Sequence record: SRR22947725_5055 | Strand: one strand, 5' to 3' | Length of the DNA: 37,508 nucleotides | Shown here: positions 16,942 through 26,861 of the stretch, in pieces | Layout of the letters: each line of letters starts with the position of its first letter | Position numbering within the stretch: position 1 is the first letter of the stretch | Made by a program: the position numbers and the translations under genes | Notes under the pieces: generated by a model | Database searches by the model: none | The model's input: only the letters and a program-made list of their open reading frames with translations | What the model was told of the DNA's origin: nothing

Positions 16942-18015
16942 ATGACCGACTTAGAGATAACGGAAACACTACGCCAGGAAACAGTCCCTTTGGAAAGTGC
17001 CTTCTCTAAGTATTTACGGGATTACCGATTACTTAACAGTTTGCTTCTCGCTCTCTTTTTTATGGTCTGCACATTTTCTATTTTTTGGAACATGATGATG
17101 GGTCTTCCTCTTAGTGACGATGCGGGATCAGATTTTTCGGATGCCGGACAACCCACCACGGCACCCAAGAAGCAGGAGCAAAAAGTTAGATTAATGCAGA
17201 GGCAAAAGCAGGCAAAGCCATCACAGAAGTTTACTTTTCAAGCTAAGGCCATTTCAGAAATTGCTGCTCCGATTGTTGATATTGAAACACAATCCCTTAA
17301 TCCTGCAATTGCCATGAGCCCAATGGGAAACATGGGCGATGTGAGTGTGAATGTGGATATGTCCGTTCTTAACAAAGCCTTTGCATCTAATTTTATGGGA
17401 GTGAAGTCTAAAGCAAATAAGATTCTTTTCATTATTGATTATTCCGCTTCGATGAGGGGGCGAGACAAAGTGATGAGAAGCGAGTTAAGTAAAGCAATTG
17501 AAAAACTGCCTGCTGTGGGTTCCGTGTCGGTTATCTTTTTTTCCGGACCTACTTGGGTAGCAGGAGAAGATGCCAATGCATTGCATAAAAATTGGAGTGG
17601 ATCTAACGGTTCCGGATGGAAAGCTAATGATGGATATAATCCAGTTCGACCCAAGTGGTCACCCGTTACTCCTTCTGTTAAAAAGAAACTAATCAAGGCA
17701 GTTCATGATACGCCGCTTACCCTTGGGACTGTATGGGATAATTCTTTCGAATGGGCTTTTTACATGAACCCCAAGCCGGATGTTATTTATTTCATGACAG
17801 ATGGTTCCTCGAAAAAGGAATTTCAAGGAGTTGATATTATAAAAAAGAAAAAGGGACGTACTAAAATTTATACGATAGGATACGGTGCTCCTGCTGGTGC
17901 CAAATTACCCCTTGAGGAAATTGCAGCAATGACGGGAGGTAAAAGTAAATTTGTCGATATGGATGAAATTAGATTGATGGAAAAAGAAATTGATGACAAA
18001 GGTCAAAACAACTGA
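16942..18015 (+). CDS. Membrane-anchored von Willebrand factor A (vWA) domain protein
   Basis: One N-terminal TM helix; MIDAS motif IIDYSASM, IYFMTDG, IYTIGYG and LEEIAAMTGG. Confidence 0.85.
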   Translation: MTDLEITETLRQETVPLESAFSKYLRDYRLLNSLLLALFFMVCTFSIFWNMMMGLPLSDDAGSDFSDAGQPTTAPKKQEQKVRLMQRQKQAKPSQKFTFQAKAISEIAAPIVDIETQSLNPAIAMSPMGNMGDVSVNVDMSVLNKAFASNFMGVKSKANKILFIIDYSASMRGRDKVMRSELSKAIEKLPAVGSVSVIFFSGPTWVAGEDANALHKNWSGSNGSGWKANDGYNPVRPKWSPVTPSVKKKLIKAVHDTPLTLGTVWDNSFEWAFYMNPKPDVIYFMTDGSSKKEFQGVDIIKKKKGRTKIYTIGYGAPAGAKLPLEEIAAMTGGKSKFVDMDEIRLMEKEIDDKGQNN

Positions 18016-18018
18016 ATT

Positions 18019-18888
18019 ATGATGAATTATTTGAAAACCGTTTACCTTTTACTATTAACGCTTCTTTTTTACAGTTCTGCGTATTCCAAGATAAAAGTTT
18101 TACTCTTAGACGGACAGAATAATCATAATTGGAAAGCAACAACTCCTGTATTAGTTGACGCATTAGAAAGCTCAGGTAACTTTTTAGTCTCTGTATCAAC
18201 TTCTCCAGCAAAGAATTCAACTCCCTTAGATTGGGAAAAGTGGAATCCCAATTTTAGTTCCTATGATGTCACCCTTAGTAATTACAACGGGGAAATGTGG
18301 CCAAAGGAAGTGCAGGAAAATTTAATAAATTATGTACAAGAGGGCGGATCTTTTGTGGTGGTTCATGCCGCCAATAATGCATTTGGTCAATGGAAAGAAT
18401 ACAATCAAATGATTGGACTTGGAGGTTGGGGTGGGCGCAATGAGAAATCAGGACCGTATCTGTTTTTTAATGATTCTGGAAAATTGGTCAGAGATCCAAG
18501 ACCGGGTCGTGGGGGAAGTCATGGTCCTCAGAGTGAATTTATAGTACAGGTTCGCGATTTTAAACATTCAATTACTAAAGGGATGCCAAAAAAGTGGTTA
18601 CACAGTAAAGATGAACTTTATGATTCCCTGCGTGGACCGGCTGAAAAAGTAAAGATCTTAGCCACTGCTTACAGTGAGAAGAGTAAAAAGCATGAACCCA
18701 TGATTATGACAATTTCTTATGGAAAAGGTCGAGTCTTCCATACACCTATGGGGCATGCAGATTATTCCATGAAATGCATTGGCTTTCAAGAAGTGTTGCG
18801 AAGAGGGACCGAGTGGGCAGCGACCGGACAGGTGACATCCGAGCTTCCTTTTGACTTCCCCACTGAAAAAAAGGTTTCTTCTCAGTAA
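18019..18888 (+). CDS. Secreted ThuA-like domain protein
   Basis: Signal peptide; LLDGQNNHNW, VVHAANN, DELY, EPM and GRVFHTPMGH motifs. Confidence 0.88.
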   Translation: MMNYLKTVYLLLLTLLFYSSAYSKIKVLLLDGQNNHNWKATTPVLVDALESSGNFLVSVSTSPAKNSTPLDWEKWNPNFSSYDVTLSNYNGEMWPKEVQENLINYVQEGGSFVVVHAANNAFGQWKEYNQMIGLGGWGGRNEKSGPYLFFNDSGKLVRDPRPGRGGSHGPQSEFIVQVRDFKHSITKGMPKKWLHSKDELYDSLRGPAEKVKILATAYSEKSKKHEPMIMTISYGKGRVFHTPMGHADYSMKCIGFQEVLRRGTEWAATGQVTSELPFDFPTEKKVSSQ

Positions 18889-18901
18889 TTCTGAGGAAGC
18901 C

Positions 18902-18935
18902 AAAAAAAAGACCACTCAAAAAGTGATCTTTTTTT
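18902..18935 (-). terminator. Intrinsic, probably bidirectional, terminator
   Basis: Minus strand reads AGATCACT-TTTTG-AGTGGTCT (one G.U pair) followed by a T-run, with A/T runs on both sides; it lies between convergent genes. Confidence 0.75.
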
Positions 18936-18953
18936 CAATTTCTTGTAAAAAAT

Positions 18954-19076
18954 TTACTCAGATGCTGGCGAAGCGGCATCAGTTGCGTTTGAATCTTCTC
19001 CTTCAGTTGCTCCGCCTCCGCACGATGCGAAGAGTGCTAATGAAAGAATGCTTACGAGAGTTAGAAAGTTTTTCAT
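18954..19076 (-). CDS. Small 40-aa lipoprotein (not in the ORF track)
   Basis: MKNFLTLVSILSLALFASC-GGGATEGEDSNATDAASPASE*; type II signal peptide with lipobox FASC; AAGGA RBS ~10 nt upstream; terminator directly downstream. Confidence 0.8.
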   Translation of the reverse strand: MKNFLTLVSILSLALFASCGGGATEGEDSNATDAASPASE

Positions 19077-19256
19077 GACGGCTATTTCCTTAAGTTTGAA
19101 TTATAGTTTTTGGTTAAAGTGTTGATGAACAATTTCCCCCAAAATTAATAATTTTTCGATTCTGTCAAGGTGAATCCTGTGATGAATGGTTATCAATTTT
19201 ATTGATTTATGCCCATTCTCATTGCCAAAGCAGTAGTAATTTAATTGGGTTGTGAC

Positions 19257-20783
19257 ATGTATTATATAGGAATTGATATAGGAACATCTTCGGTTAAGGC
19301 ATTGCTTATTGATAGTGGTGGAAGGGTAATTAAAACCTCTGTGCCAGAATACTCTTTTCAAACCCCAAAACCACTTTGGGCCGAGGCCGATCCACTGGAT
19401 TGGTGGGAAGCAACGCAACAAGCAATTAAAGAACTACTCTTAAAAGTTCAGTCTAGTGAAATAGCTGGAATTGGACTTACCGGCCAAATGCATGGTATGG
19501 TAGCAATGAACAAAGAAGGTTCCGTTTTAAGGCCCTGTATCATGTGGAATGACCAACGATCTCATTTGGAGTGTGACGAAATTACCGAACGAGTTGGGCA
19601 AAAGAAAATTCTTAGTATTACCGGTAATCCCGTTTTGCCTGGCTTTACTGCTCCCAAGATCTTGTGGACCCAAAAAAACGAACCAGACCTTTTTGCTTTG
19701 ATCGATAAGGTAGTTTTACCAAAAGATTTTATTCGTTACAAATTAACCGGCTCCTTTTTTTCTGATGTTTCGGATGCTTCAGGAACCTCTCTACTAGATG
19801 TCGGAAAGAGAACTTGGTCACAAGAAATGTTTGATTGCATGGGATGGCCAATCTCTTGGATGCCGGAAGTTACTGAATCAACTGAAGTTTCCGCCAAAAT
19901 TTCCGCGGAAGCAGCAACCTTAACTGGTCTGCTTGAAGGAACCCCTGTAGTGGCGGGTGGTGGAGATTGTGCGGCTCAAGCTGTTGGCTCAGGAATTGTG
20001 GAAGAGGGCAAAGTTTCTGTCACATTGGGAACGAGTGGTGTTGTGTTTGCCCAAAGCGACGAATACCGCGTTGAGCCTAATGGTAAATTACATGCATTTT
20101 GTCACGCGGTTCCTGGGAAATGGCATGTAATGGGAGTGATGCTATCTGCAGCAGGTTCTTTTCAGTGGTATAAGAATCAATTTGGAATGGAGGAGCAAAG
20201 AATAGAAAAGGAGGGCGGTGCGAATGCTTATGAAACTCTTACTAAAGAAGCCCAGCAGGTAATTGCGGGCTCAGAGGGTTTATTTTTTCTTCCTTATTTA
20301 TCGGGCGAAAGAACACCCCATCCAGACCCGTATGCAAGGGGTTGCTTTATCGGTATGAGTTTACGCCATCAAAAAAAACATCATACCCGGGCTGTTTTGG
20401 AGGGAGTCTCCTATGGTTTAAATGATTCGTTATCCATGATGAAAGAATTGGGTGTTAATCCAAATGAAATTATACTTTCTGGGGGCGGTTCGCGCTCAGC
20501 GTTATGGAAACAAATGCTTGCCGATATTTTTGCCACTCCTTGTGCAATGGTGAATGCATTAGAAGGTGCAGCTTATGGTGCGGCAATGCTTGCCGCGGTT
20601 GGAGTAGGTGGATTTGGCACCGTGCAAGAGGCTTGTAGCTCTTTTATTCAAAAAATTGAAACAGTGGATCCTGGTCCGAACCTGGAAACCTACAAGCGAA
20701 ATTATCCTATTTATAAATCTTTATACCCAAGCCTGAAGGCTCAGTTTGCCAAGATTGCTGAGTCGAATGCGTTAAACTCATAA
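19257..20783 (+). CDS. xylB: Xylulokinase (FGGY family)
   Basis: IGIDIGTSSVK, GLTGQMHG, WNDQR, GFTAPK, LPKD, SDASGT, LGTSGV, FCHAVP and LPYLSGERTPH. ATG at 19257 is preferred over the TTG at 19245. Confidence 0.9.
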   Translation: MYYIGIDIGTSSVKALLIDSGGRVIKTSVPEYSFQTPKPLWAEADPLDWWEATQQAIKELLLKVQSSEIAGIGLTGQMHGMVAMNKEGSVLRPCIMWNDQRSHLECDEITERVGQKKILSITGNPVLPGFTAPKILWTQKNEPDLFALIDKVVLPKDFIRYKLTGSFFSDVSDASGTSLLDVGKRTWSQEMFDCMGWPISWMPEVTESTEVSAKISAEAATLTGLLEGTPVVAGGGDCAAQAVGSGIVEEGKVSVTLGTSGVVFAQSDEYRVEPNGKLHAFCHAVPGKWHVMGVMLSAAGSFQWYKNQFGMEEQRIEKEGGANAYETLTKEAQQVIAGSEGLFFLPYLSGERTPHPDPYARGCFIGMSLRHQKKHHTRAVLEGVSYGLNDSLSMMKELGVNPNEIILSGGGSRSALWKQMLADIFATPCAMVNALEGAAYGAAMLAAVGVGGFGTVQEACSSFIQKIETVDPGPNLETYKRNYPIYKSLYPSLKAQFAKIAESNALNS

Positions 20784-20787
20784 AAAA

Positions 20788-21540
20788 ATGGATAACACTT
20801 ACGAGTCGAATAAGCTGCTTGGTGAATACTTATTGTTTCACTACGGATCGGATGATCAGTTAATGCCTTGGTCGGATGGCCCTCAGAATGGTCTTCGGTT
20901 TCCCGTGCGTACTGTTCGTGAACTTATCGACCACAGTTCACTTCCCTCTTCGACTACTACTCGTGCCTTTGATGTCGGTTGTTCCGTGGGTCGTTCTACA
21001 TTTGAAATTGCGAGCTTTTGTAACGAAGTGGCGGGCTGTGACCTGTCCCATTCCTTTATTTCAGCAGCTCGATCTTTAATTGATAATAAGGAACTCCCTT
21101 ATGAGTATTTAGAGGAAGGGGACAGCTATCAAAAAGCAGTCGCAAAAGTAGAGTATGACCCGAGCAAGGAGATTTCATTTTTTGTTGCAGATGCCTGTTC
21201 GTTACCCTCCGAGCTAAAAGAGTTTGATTTGGTTCATGCAGCCAATTTGATCTGTCGATTACCGGATCCCTCGCTTTTTTTAAATCGACTTCCACAATTA
21301 GTGAAGCCGGGCGGGCAACTTCTTTTAGCCACCCCATTTACCTGGTTGAATGAATATACACCGAGAGAAAATTGGATCGGTTCTGGTGACTCGGAGCAAA
21401 AACTGGTGGAATGCTTGAAGCCATATTTTGAATTGGAAAAAAAAGTAGAACTACCTTTTGTCATTCGTGAACATAGAAGAAAGTTTCAATATAGTGTTTC
21501 AATCGGTACTCGATGGAGACGGCTTGGGAGCGCGGTGTAA
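20788..21540 (+). CDS. Stand-alone OvoA-C-terminal-like SAM methyltransferase (putative 4-mercaptohistidine N1-methyltransferase)
   Basis: YESNKLLGEYLLFHYG, DVGCSVGRSTFE, DACSLP, ANLICRLPDP, TPFTWLNEYTPRENWIG and LPFVIREHRRKFQY. Confidence 0.8.
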   Translation: MDNTYESNKLLGEYLLFHYGSDDQLMPWSDGPQNGLRFPVRTVRELIDHSSLPSSTTTRAFDVGCSVGRSTFEIASFCNEVAGCDLSHSFISAARSLIDNKELPYEYLEEGDSYQKAVAKVEYDPSKEISFFVADACSLPSELKEFDLVHAANLICRLPDPSLFLNRLPQLVKPGGQLLLATPFTWLNEYTPRENWIGSGDSEQKLVECLKPYFELEKKVELPFVIREHRRKFQYSVSIGTRWRRLGSAV

Positions 21541-21655
21541 CAGCTTGATTCTTTTTCTTCGAGGTGTTTCTAGATAAATTAGTTTATAATTTGAAAATTT
21601 CCCTAGTGAAATTCTTTTCAATATTTTCTATTACTAACAACAGTGAACAACCTAA

Positions 21656-21961
21656 ATGATCAAGCTCGATGAATTTGTAAGGAATATTTCCTCCTGTTCT
21701 GAGCCTCATTCTCATTATTCTGATTGTTTGAAAGCATTGTGGTGGGTCCAAAAGGGAGATTGGGCAAAAGCACATGACATTGCCCAAGAAGAAGGTACTA
21801 TACTGGGTGACTGGGTACATGCATACCTCCATCGATTGGAGGGAGATTTAGGTAATGCGGCCTATTGGTACAATCGGGCGACACGCCCGGTTAAGCAAGA
21901 TGAAAGCCTGGAGGAAGAATGGAAAGAAATAACAGCTCATTTTCTTTCCTTAGAACCCTAA
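21656..21961 (+). CDS. Small conserved helical hypothetical protein
   Basis: GDWAKAHDIAQ...WVHAYLHRLEGDLGNAAYWY is a recognisable motif of a widespread uncharacterised family. Confidence 0.8.
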   Translation: MIKLDEFVRNISSCSEPHSHYSDCLKALWWVQKGDWAKAHDIAQEEGTILGDWVHAYLHRLEGDLGNAAYWYNRATRPVKQDESLEEEWKEITAHFLSLEP

Positions 21962-21976
21962 CGTTAAGCTCGACCC

Positions 21977-23215
21977 ATGGACTTGAAAACAAGAGGAATA
22001 TTTTCTTCCGGTACCAATAAAAGAGATGATCTCTTAGAGACTGAAAGCAAGTGGGAAATGTTCTCTCCGGTTAGTTTAATAATCCTCTGTACAATGAGCA
22101 TTCTTTTTATACGATCTGCTCAGGCCTACACGGGAGGTAATCAATGGCAAATGCAGGTGATTTGGGTTATTATTGGTTTTTCAATTTATGTAATTGTCTC
22201 TGTCGTGGATTATCATTTTTGGATGCGATTTGCTCATATTATCTATGTATTGGGAGTTATTTCTCTGGTACTTGTCTTTTTATGGCCCCAAAAATACGGG
22301 GCACAGAGGTGGATAGATTTAGGACTATTTAAAATACAGCCATCCGAATTTGCAAAAATTGTGACCCTGATTCTTGGTGCCAGTATTATGGCGAGGTCGG
22401 AAATCGGAAATTTAAAAGACTCTTTTAAGGGAATTTGTAAACTTGGATTTTGCTTTGTCTGTCCAATGTTCTTGATTTTCAAGCAACCTGACTTAGGATC
22501 AACATTAGTTTTTCCACCAATAGCATTTTCAATTTTGTACGTCGCCCGCATACCTTATCGGTTTTTTGTTGCTACAGCTCTTCTGTTTGTAGTGATAATT
22601 GGTGTGCTGGGTTATGACGTTTTTCGTTATTATCAATATAAATCCGAGAACCCGCATCCAAATGAAGCAATTGTTGCTTATGAGGATACAACTCTCATAC
22701 CACTCAAGGACTATCAACGTAAACGCATCCTCACTTTTCTAGCACCAGAAGTCATGGACCCAAATGGAATTGGAGCAAATTGGAATCGAATCCAAGCTCT
22801 CATTGCTGTTGCCACCGGTGGAATATCTGGCAAAGGCTTGGGTAATGGCATGCAAGCAAAGTTAGGATATCTACCCTCTGCCGTCGCACACAACGATTTT
22901 ATTTTTGCGGTGCTAGCAGAAGAATCTGGATTTGTAGGGGGAATGACAGCAATTGCTGCATACTTCCTTCTTATCTTTGGTTGTTTAAAGGTAGCTTCCA
23001 AGGCGTCCGATCGTTTTGGGGCAATGCTTGCAATAGGAGTTTCTGTCCTATTAATGACCCATGTTTTTATTAACATTGGCATGACAATTGGCATTACTCC
23101 AATTACTGGTTTACCGTTGCCTTTTCTTAGTTACGGGGGGTCATTTTTGATTTCCTGTTTTATCTTACTTGGGTTGGTTCAGAGTGTTTATCGACACAGA
23201 AAGGAATTTAGATGA
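21977..23215 (+). CDS. rodA: SEDS peptidoglycan glycosyltransferase RodA (FtsW/RodA/SpoVE)
   Basis: GAQRWI, IQPSEFAK, QPDLGS, LKDYQRKRI, HNDFIFAVLAEESG and PITGLPLPFLSYGGS. Confidence 0.88.
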   Translation: MDLKTRGIFSSGTNKRDDLLETESKWEMFSPVSLIILCTMSILFIRSAQAYTGGNQWQMQVIWVIIGFSIYVIVSVVDYHFWMRFAHIIYVLGVISLVLVFLWPQKYGAQRWIDLGLFKIQPSEFAKIVTLILGASIMARSEIGNLKDSFKGICKLGFCFVCPMFLIFKQPDLGSTLVFPPIAFSILYVARIPYRFFVATALLFVVIIGVLGYDVFRYYQYKSENPHPNEAIVAYEDTTLIPLKDYQRKRILTFLAPEVMDPNGIGANWNRIQALIAVATGGISGKGLGNGMQAKLGYLPSAVAHNDFIFAVLAEESGFVGGMTAIAAYFLLIFGCLKVASKASDRFGAMLAIGVSVLLMTHVFINIGMTIGITPITGLPLPFLSYGGSFLISCFILLGLVQSVYRHRKEFR

Positions 23216-23284
23216 TTAAGAAGCTTAATTTAGCATTCTTACATTTTACTCTGTGGACGATCGGGTTTTCTATCCATCATAAAA

Positions 23285-25069
23285 ATGGCCAGAAATACCA
23301 AACGTAGACCTAATTATTCAAAGCGAAGAAGATCCAACAAGAAAGCAGAGAAAAAAAAGCTTGAGGAAGACAAAAATGATCTGACTTTGCCCCCCATGGA
23401 GCCTGCACCTATCTCTATTGATAAATGCAAGTTAAGAGAAGAAGCGATAGAGCGAGCTAAAAAACGCCCGATTCGTGAGAGAATACTCGCTTTTTTTCGG
23501 AGAGAAACAAAGCAGGATTATAAAGAATTAATTATCAATACTGAGGCTCTTGAGAGGCGAGTGGCCTTAATTGAGAATGGTGTTTTACAGGCCTTTGATG
23601 TGGAACGCCTTGACGAAGAGAGAATGGTGGGAGCAATTTTTAAGGGAAAAGTTCAAAACTTAGAACCTGGACTGAAGGCCGCTTTTGTGAACATTGGCCA
23701 GGAAAAAAATGCGTTTTTACATTATTGGGATATGCTTCCCGGTGCCAATAACGACCCCTCAATTGAAATCGTTCGAGAAAATAAGAGAAAGACTCCACAC
23801 AATCGGGTAGAGGCAAAATCCATTCAGGAAATTCCCAAAGTTTTTCCAGTCGGTTCAGAAATTATTGTGCAAATTACCAAAGGGCAGATTGGGAGTAAGG
23901 GACCACGAACCACTACCAATCTATCATTAGCAGGTAGGTTTTTAGTTATGATGCCCTATGCCGGACAATGTGGGATATCGCGAAAAATTGATGACAAAGC
24001 AGAGAGGAGTCGCTTGAAGCGTATTATCAGCAATCTTTCTCTGCGAGAAGGAATGGGAGTAATTATACGAACAGCCGGCCAGAATAAACCGGAGCGATTT
24101 TTCGACCGAGACTTGCATCTTTTACTTCAACAGTGGGATGAAATTGAAGCAAAGATGAAGTCTCAGGATAGCCCGTGCTTTTTATATCAAGAACCTGATT
24201 TAATCGGGTTAACGGCACGCGATTTTCTCACAGATGACATTGATCGTGTGCAAATTGACCGAAAAGAGGATTACACAAGACTTATCGAAACGATTCAGCG
24301 AATTTCTCCCAAATCAAAATCAAAAGTTACTCATTTTGATGAAGAAATCCCCATTTTCGAACGATTTAATGTGGAGCGTCAAATTGAGCAGACATTTATG
24401 CGACGAGTTTTACTCCCTTCCGGTGGTGAGATAGTAATGGAGGAAACGGAGGCACTGGTATCAATTGATGTAAATACCGGTAGTCATAAAGGAGATAGAA
24501 AAGACGGAAAGAATTTCATCTTACAGGCCAATATCGAAGCTGCTGCAGAGGTTTGTCGTCAAATGAGACTGCGAAACTTGGGTGGTTTGGTAATTATTGA
24601 TTTCATTGATATGAAAAATAAGGGGGACCAAAGAAAGGTTTTCCAAAAAATGAAATCTTCTATGGCGGATGATAAGGCGAAGCATAACATTCTCCCCATC
24701 TCTCAATTGGGAATTATGCAAATTACCCGCCAGCGACATGATGAAAGTAATTCAAGTGGAATTTACGAACCGTGCCCTTATTGTTCCGGTCGTGGAATTG
24801 TTAAATCTCCCCGGGCAGTCAGTATCGAAATTCAAAGAAAGATTACCAGCGTTGTACGTCGATTAAGGGAAGAAAATATTGAAAAAGAAGCGATTTTAAA
24901 AATCTTCCTTCATCCTAGCACTTTACGACGCTTACGGGGTCCTGATTCAAAATTGATTGATCGAATGGAGCGAAATTATGGATTGAAATTAACTTTTGAG
25001 GCAGCAGAAACTTATCATGTAGAAAACTTTAAATTGATTGATGAGTCTACCAATAATGAAATTCGGTAG
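23285..25069 (+). CDS. Rne/Rng family ribonuclease (RNase E/G)
   Basis: S1 domain with [43 protein letters not shown] and the Zn-link CPYCSGRG. Confidence 0.95.
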   Translation: MARNTKRRPNYSKRRRSNKKAEKKKLEEDKNDLTLPPMEPAPISIDKCKLREEAIERAKKRPIRERILAFFRRETKQDYKELIINTEALERRVALIENGVLQAFDVERLDEERMVGAIFKGKVQNLEPGLKAAFVNIGQEKNAFLHYWDMLPGANNDPSIEIVRENKRKTPHNRVEAKSIQEIPKVFPVGSEIIVQITKGQIGSKGPRTTTNLSLAGRFLVMMPYAGQCGISRKIDDKAERSRLKRIISNLSLREGMGVIIRTAGQNKPERFFDRDLHLLLQQWDEIEAKMKSQDSPCFLYQEPDLIGLTARDFLTDDIDRVQIDRKEDYTRLIETIQRISPKSKSKVTHFDEEIPIFERFNVERQIEQTFMRRVLLPSGGEIVMEETEALVSIDVNTGSHKGDRKDGKNFILQANIEAAAEVCRQMRLRNLGGLVIIDFIDMKNKGDQRKVFQKMKSSMADDKAKHNILPISQLGIMQITRQRHDESNSSGIYEPCPYCSGRGIVKSPRAVSIEIQRKITSVVRRLREENIEKEAILKIFLHPSTLRRLRGPDSKLIDRMERNYGLKLTFEAAETYHVENFKLIDESTNNEIR

Positions 25070-25077
25070 TTAATATC

Positions 25078-26256
25078 ATGCGTATCCTTGCGGCTTTTGA
25101 TAAATGCAAGGATTCCCTGTCTGCCCGGGAAATCTGTGCACTTGCTCAAAAAGTAGTTTCCACACAACCTATTAGCCATGAAATTGAGTGTTCCCCATTA
25201 ACTGATGGCGGGGAAGGATTTGCTCAGTTATTAACCGAGCAAAAAAGTGGATCTTATCATTCAATTTTGGCTTCCGATTCAATTGGGGAGGAAAAAGAAG
25301 TAAGAATTGGAATTGTTCCATTTGACAAATTGGAACCCAATCTTCGCGAGTTTGCAGATTTACCGGACCATGGTAATTATGCAGTAATTGAAATGTCTTC
25401 AATTGCTGGCTTATCTGACTTACCACCAGAAAAGCGAAATCCATGGTTAACTTCAACGGTTGGGGTAGGGCAGTTACTTGCTGAAGTTGCCTCTTTAAAG
25501 GTAAGTGCAATAATTTTAGGGATTGGTGGAAGTGCGACAAATGATATGGGCTTGGGTGCACTGAGTAGTTTAGGGCTTCGGTTTTTAGACCAAGAAAATC
25601 AACCTATTTTTTTCCCTAACCCAGAAAGTTGGGGTAGAATACGAACTATTTGCCCTGAGAAACTTGTAACACTCCCATCCATTCGTATTGCCTGCGATGT
25701 GACTAATCAATTATTGGGAGAGGGGGGAGCCACCTTTCAATTTGGTCCCCAAAAAGGACTATCTATAAGTCGAAGAGACGAAATGGAAAGCAATATGGAT
25801 ATAATGTCTGCACGGTTGGCGGAAACCTTTGAAAAGCCATTAGTTTTTAGGGAGGAAGAAGGAACAGGTGCAGCAGGAGGAATTGGGTATGGCTTAAGCG
25901 TCGCATATGATACTAAGTTTGTGCCGGGATTTTCCTTTGTTTCTAAATGGTTTGATTTAGAGAAATCGATTCAAAATGCAGATTTAATTTTAACTGGAGA
26001 AGGAAGATTTGATCAAACATCACTAATGGGAAAAGGGCCCTATGAAATCATTCGAATGGCTTCAAGGTATAATAAAAATGTAATTTTATTAGCAGGTTCA
26101 GTAGATAGTGACGCGAAGAAGAAATGTATGAATGAATTTTCTAATTTAAAAATCGAGGCCTTTGGGAATGATCAATTCACTTTAGAAGAAAATTTACTCA
26201 ATGCATCCGATTTATTTCAACAAAAATTAAACTACTATTTATCCCTCCATCAGTGA
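25078..26256 (+). CDS. Glycerate kinase (GlxK/GarK family)
   Basis: DKCKDSLSA, PLTDGGEG, GIGGSATNDMGLG, FGPQKG, GAAGGIG and TGEGRFDQTSLMGK. Confidence 0.92.
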   Translation: MRILAAFDKCKDSLSAREICALAQKVVSTQPISHEIECSPLTDGGEGFAQLLTEQKSGSYHSILASDSIGEEKEVRIGIVPFDKLEPNLREFADLPDHGNYAVIEMSSIAGLSDLPPEKRNPWLTSTVGVGQLLAEVASLKVSAIILGIGGSATNDMGLGALSSLGLRFLDQENQPIFFPNPESWGRIRTICPEKLVTLPSIRIACDVTNQLLGEGGATFQFGPQKGLSISRRDEMESNMDIMSARLAETFEKPLVFREEEGTGAAGGIGYGLSVAYDTKFVPGFSFVSKWFDLEKSIQNADLILTGEGRFDQTSLMGKGPYEIIRMASRYNKNVILLAGSVDSDAKKKCMNEFSNLKIEAFGNDQFTLEENLLNASDLFQQKLNYYLSLHQ

Positions 26257-26837
26257 ATTCTATTGAATCTCAAGAAGCACAAGAATTACGATTTAAACGT
26301 ATTCGACGACTCAAGCGTTGGATGCGTCCACTTCCCAGGCGATCCAATATTCATAACTATCCTGTTTTAAAATGGTTCGCAGAAACAGCTTATAAAAGAG
26401 CTTACCTATGGTCATTTAAAGGAAAGGCAATCAAGCCAGCCCTCTTTTGGGGAATGGTAATATCATTTTCTCCCCTAGTGGGTATTCAAATGCTGATTGT
26501 ATTTTTCCTCGCTCTATTTACCCGTGCTAATCTGCCCGTTATTGTGGCTTTACAATGGATTTCAAATCCTTTCACGATGGGGCCCATTTACTTTGCTGAT
26601 TATAAGATTGGAAGAATACTTTTAGAGCTAGCTGGATTTAAAAGTAAGAAAAATCCCCTTTTAAGCTCCGAGTACGACTGGTCGAATTTCAAACTCAATG
26701 ATCTTTGGGAATTGCTCGATACTTTTCCTCCAATGTTTGTAGGTGGAGCAGTGATCGGAGTTTTCTTTGGGGTTATTTCTATTTTTTCCTACAATGTGCT
26801 GGCAAAGCTTTACAAGAAGCCGCAAATTACTAAATAA
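26253..26837 (+). CDS. DUF2062 family membrane protein
   Basis: PLVGIQ, RANLP and WISNPFT motifs; TM helices; GTGA overlap with the glycerate kinase stop. Confidence 0.82.
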   Translation: MNSIESQEAQELRFKRIRRLKRWMRPLPRRSNIHNYPVLKWFAETAYKRAYLWSFKGKAIKPALFWGMVISFSPLVGIQMLIVFFLALFTRANLPVIVALQWISNPFTMGPIYFADYKIGRILLELAGFKSKKNPLLSSEYDWSNFKLNDLWELLDTFPPMFVGGAVIGVFFGVISIFSYNVLAKLYKKPQITK

Positions 26838-26861
26838 TCATTAATTATCAAACCTATTCAA

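Noticed and set aside
18851-19078. 75-aa plus-strand ORF in the track
   Set aside because: It is the antisense shadow of the small lipoprotein and terminator, overlaps thuA and has no recognisable features.
19101-19421. 106-aa minus-strand ORF and the other short ORFs nested in long genes
   Set aside because: These are antisense or alternate-frame shadows of well-supported genes, with no motifs.
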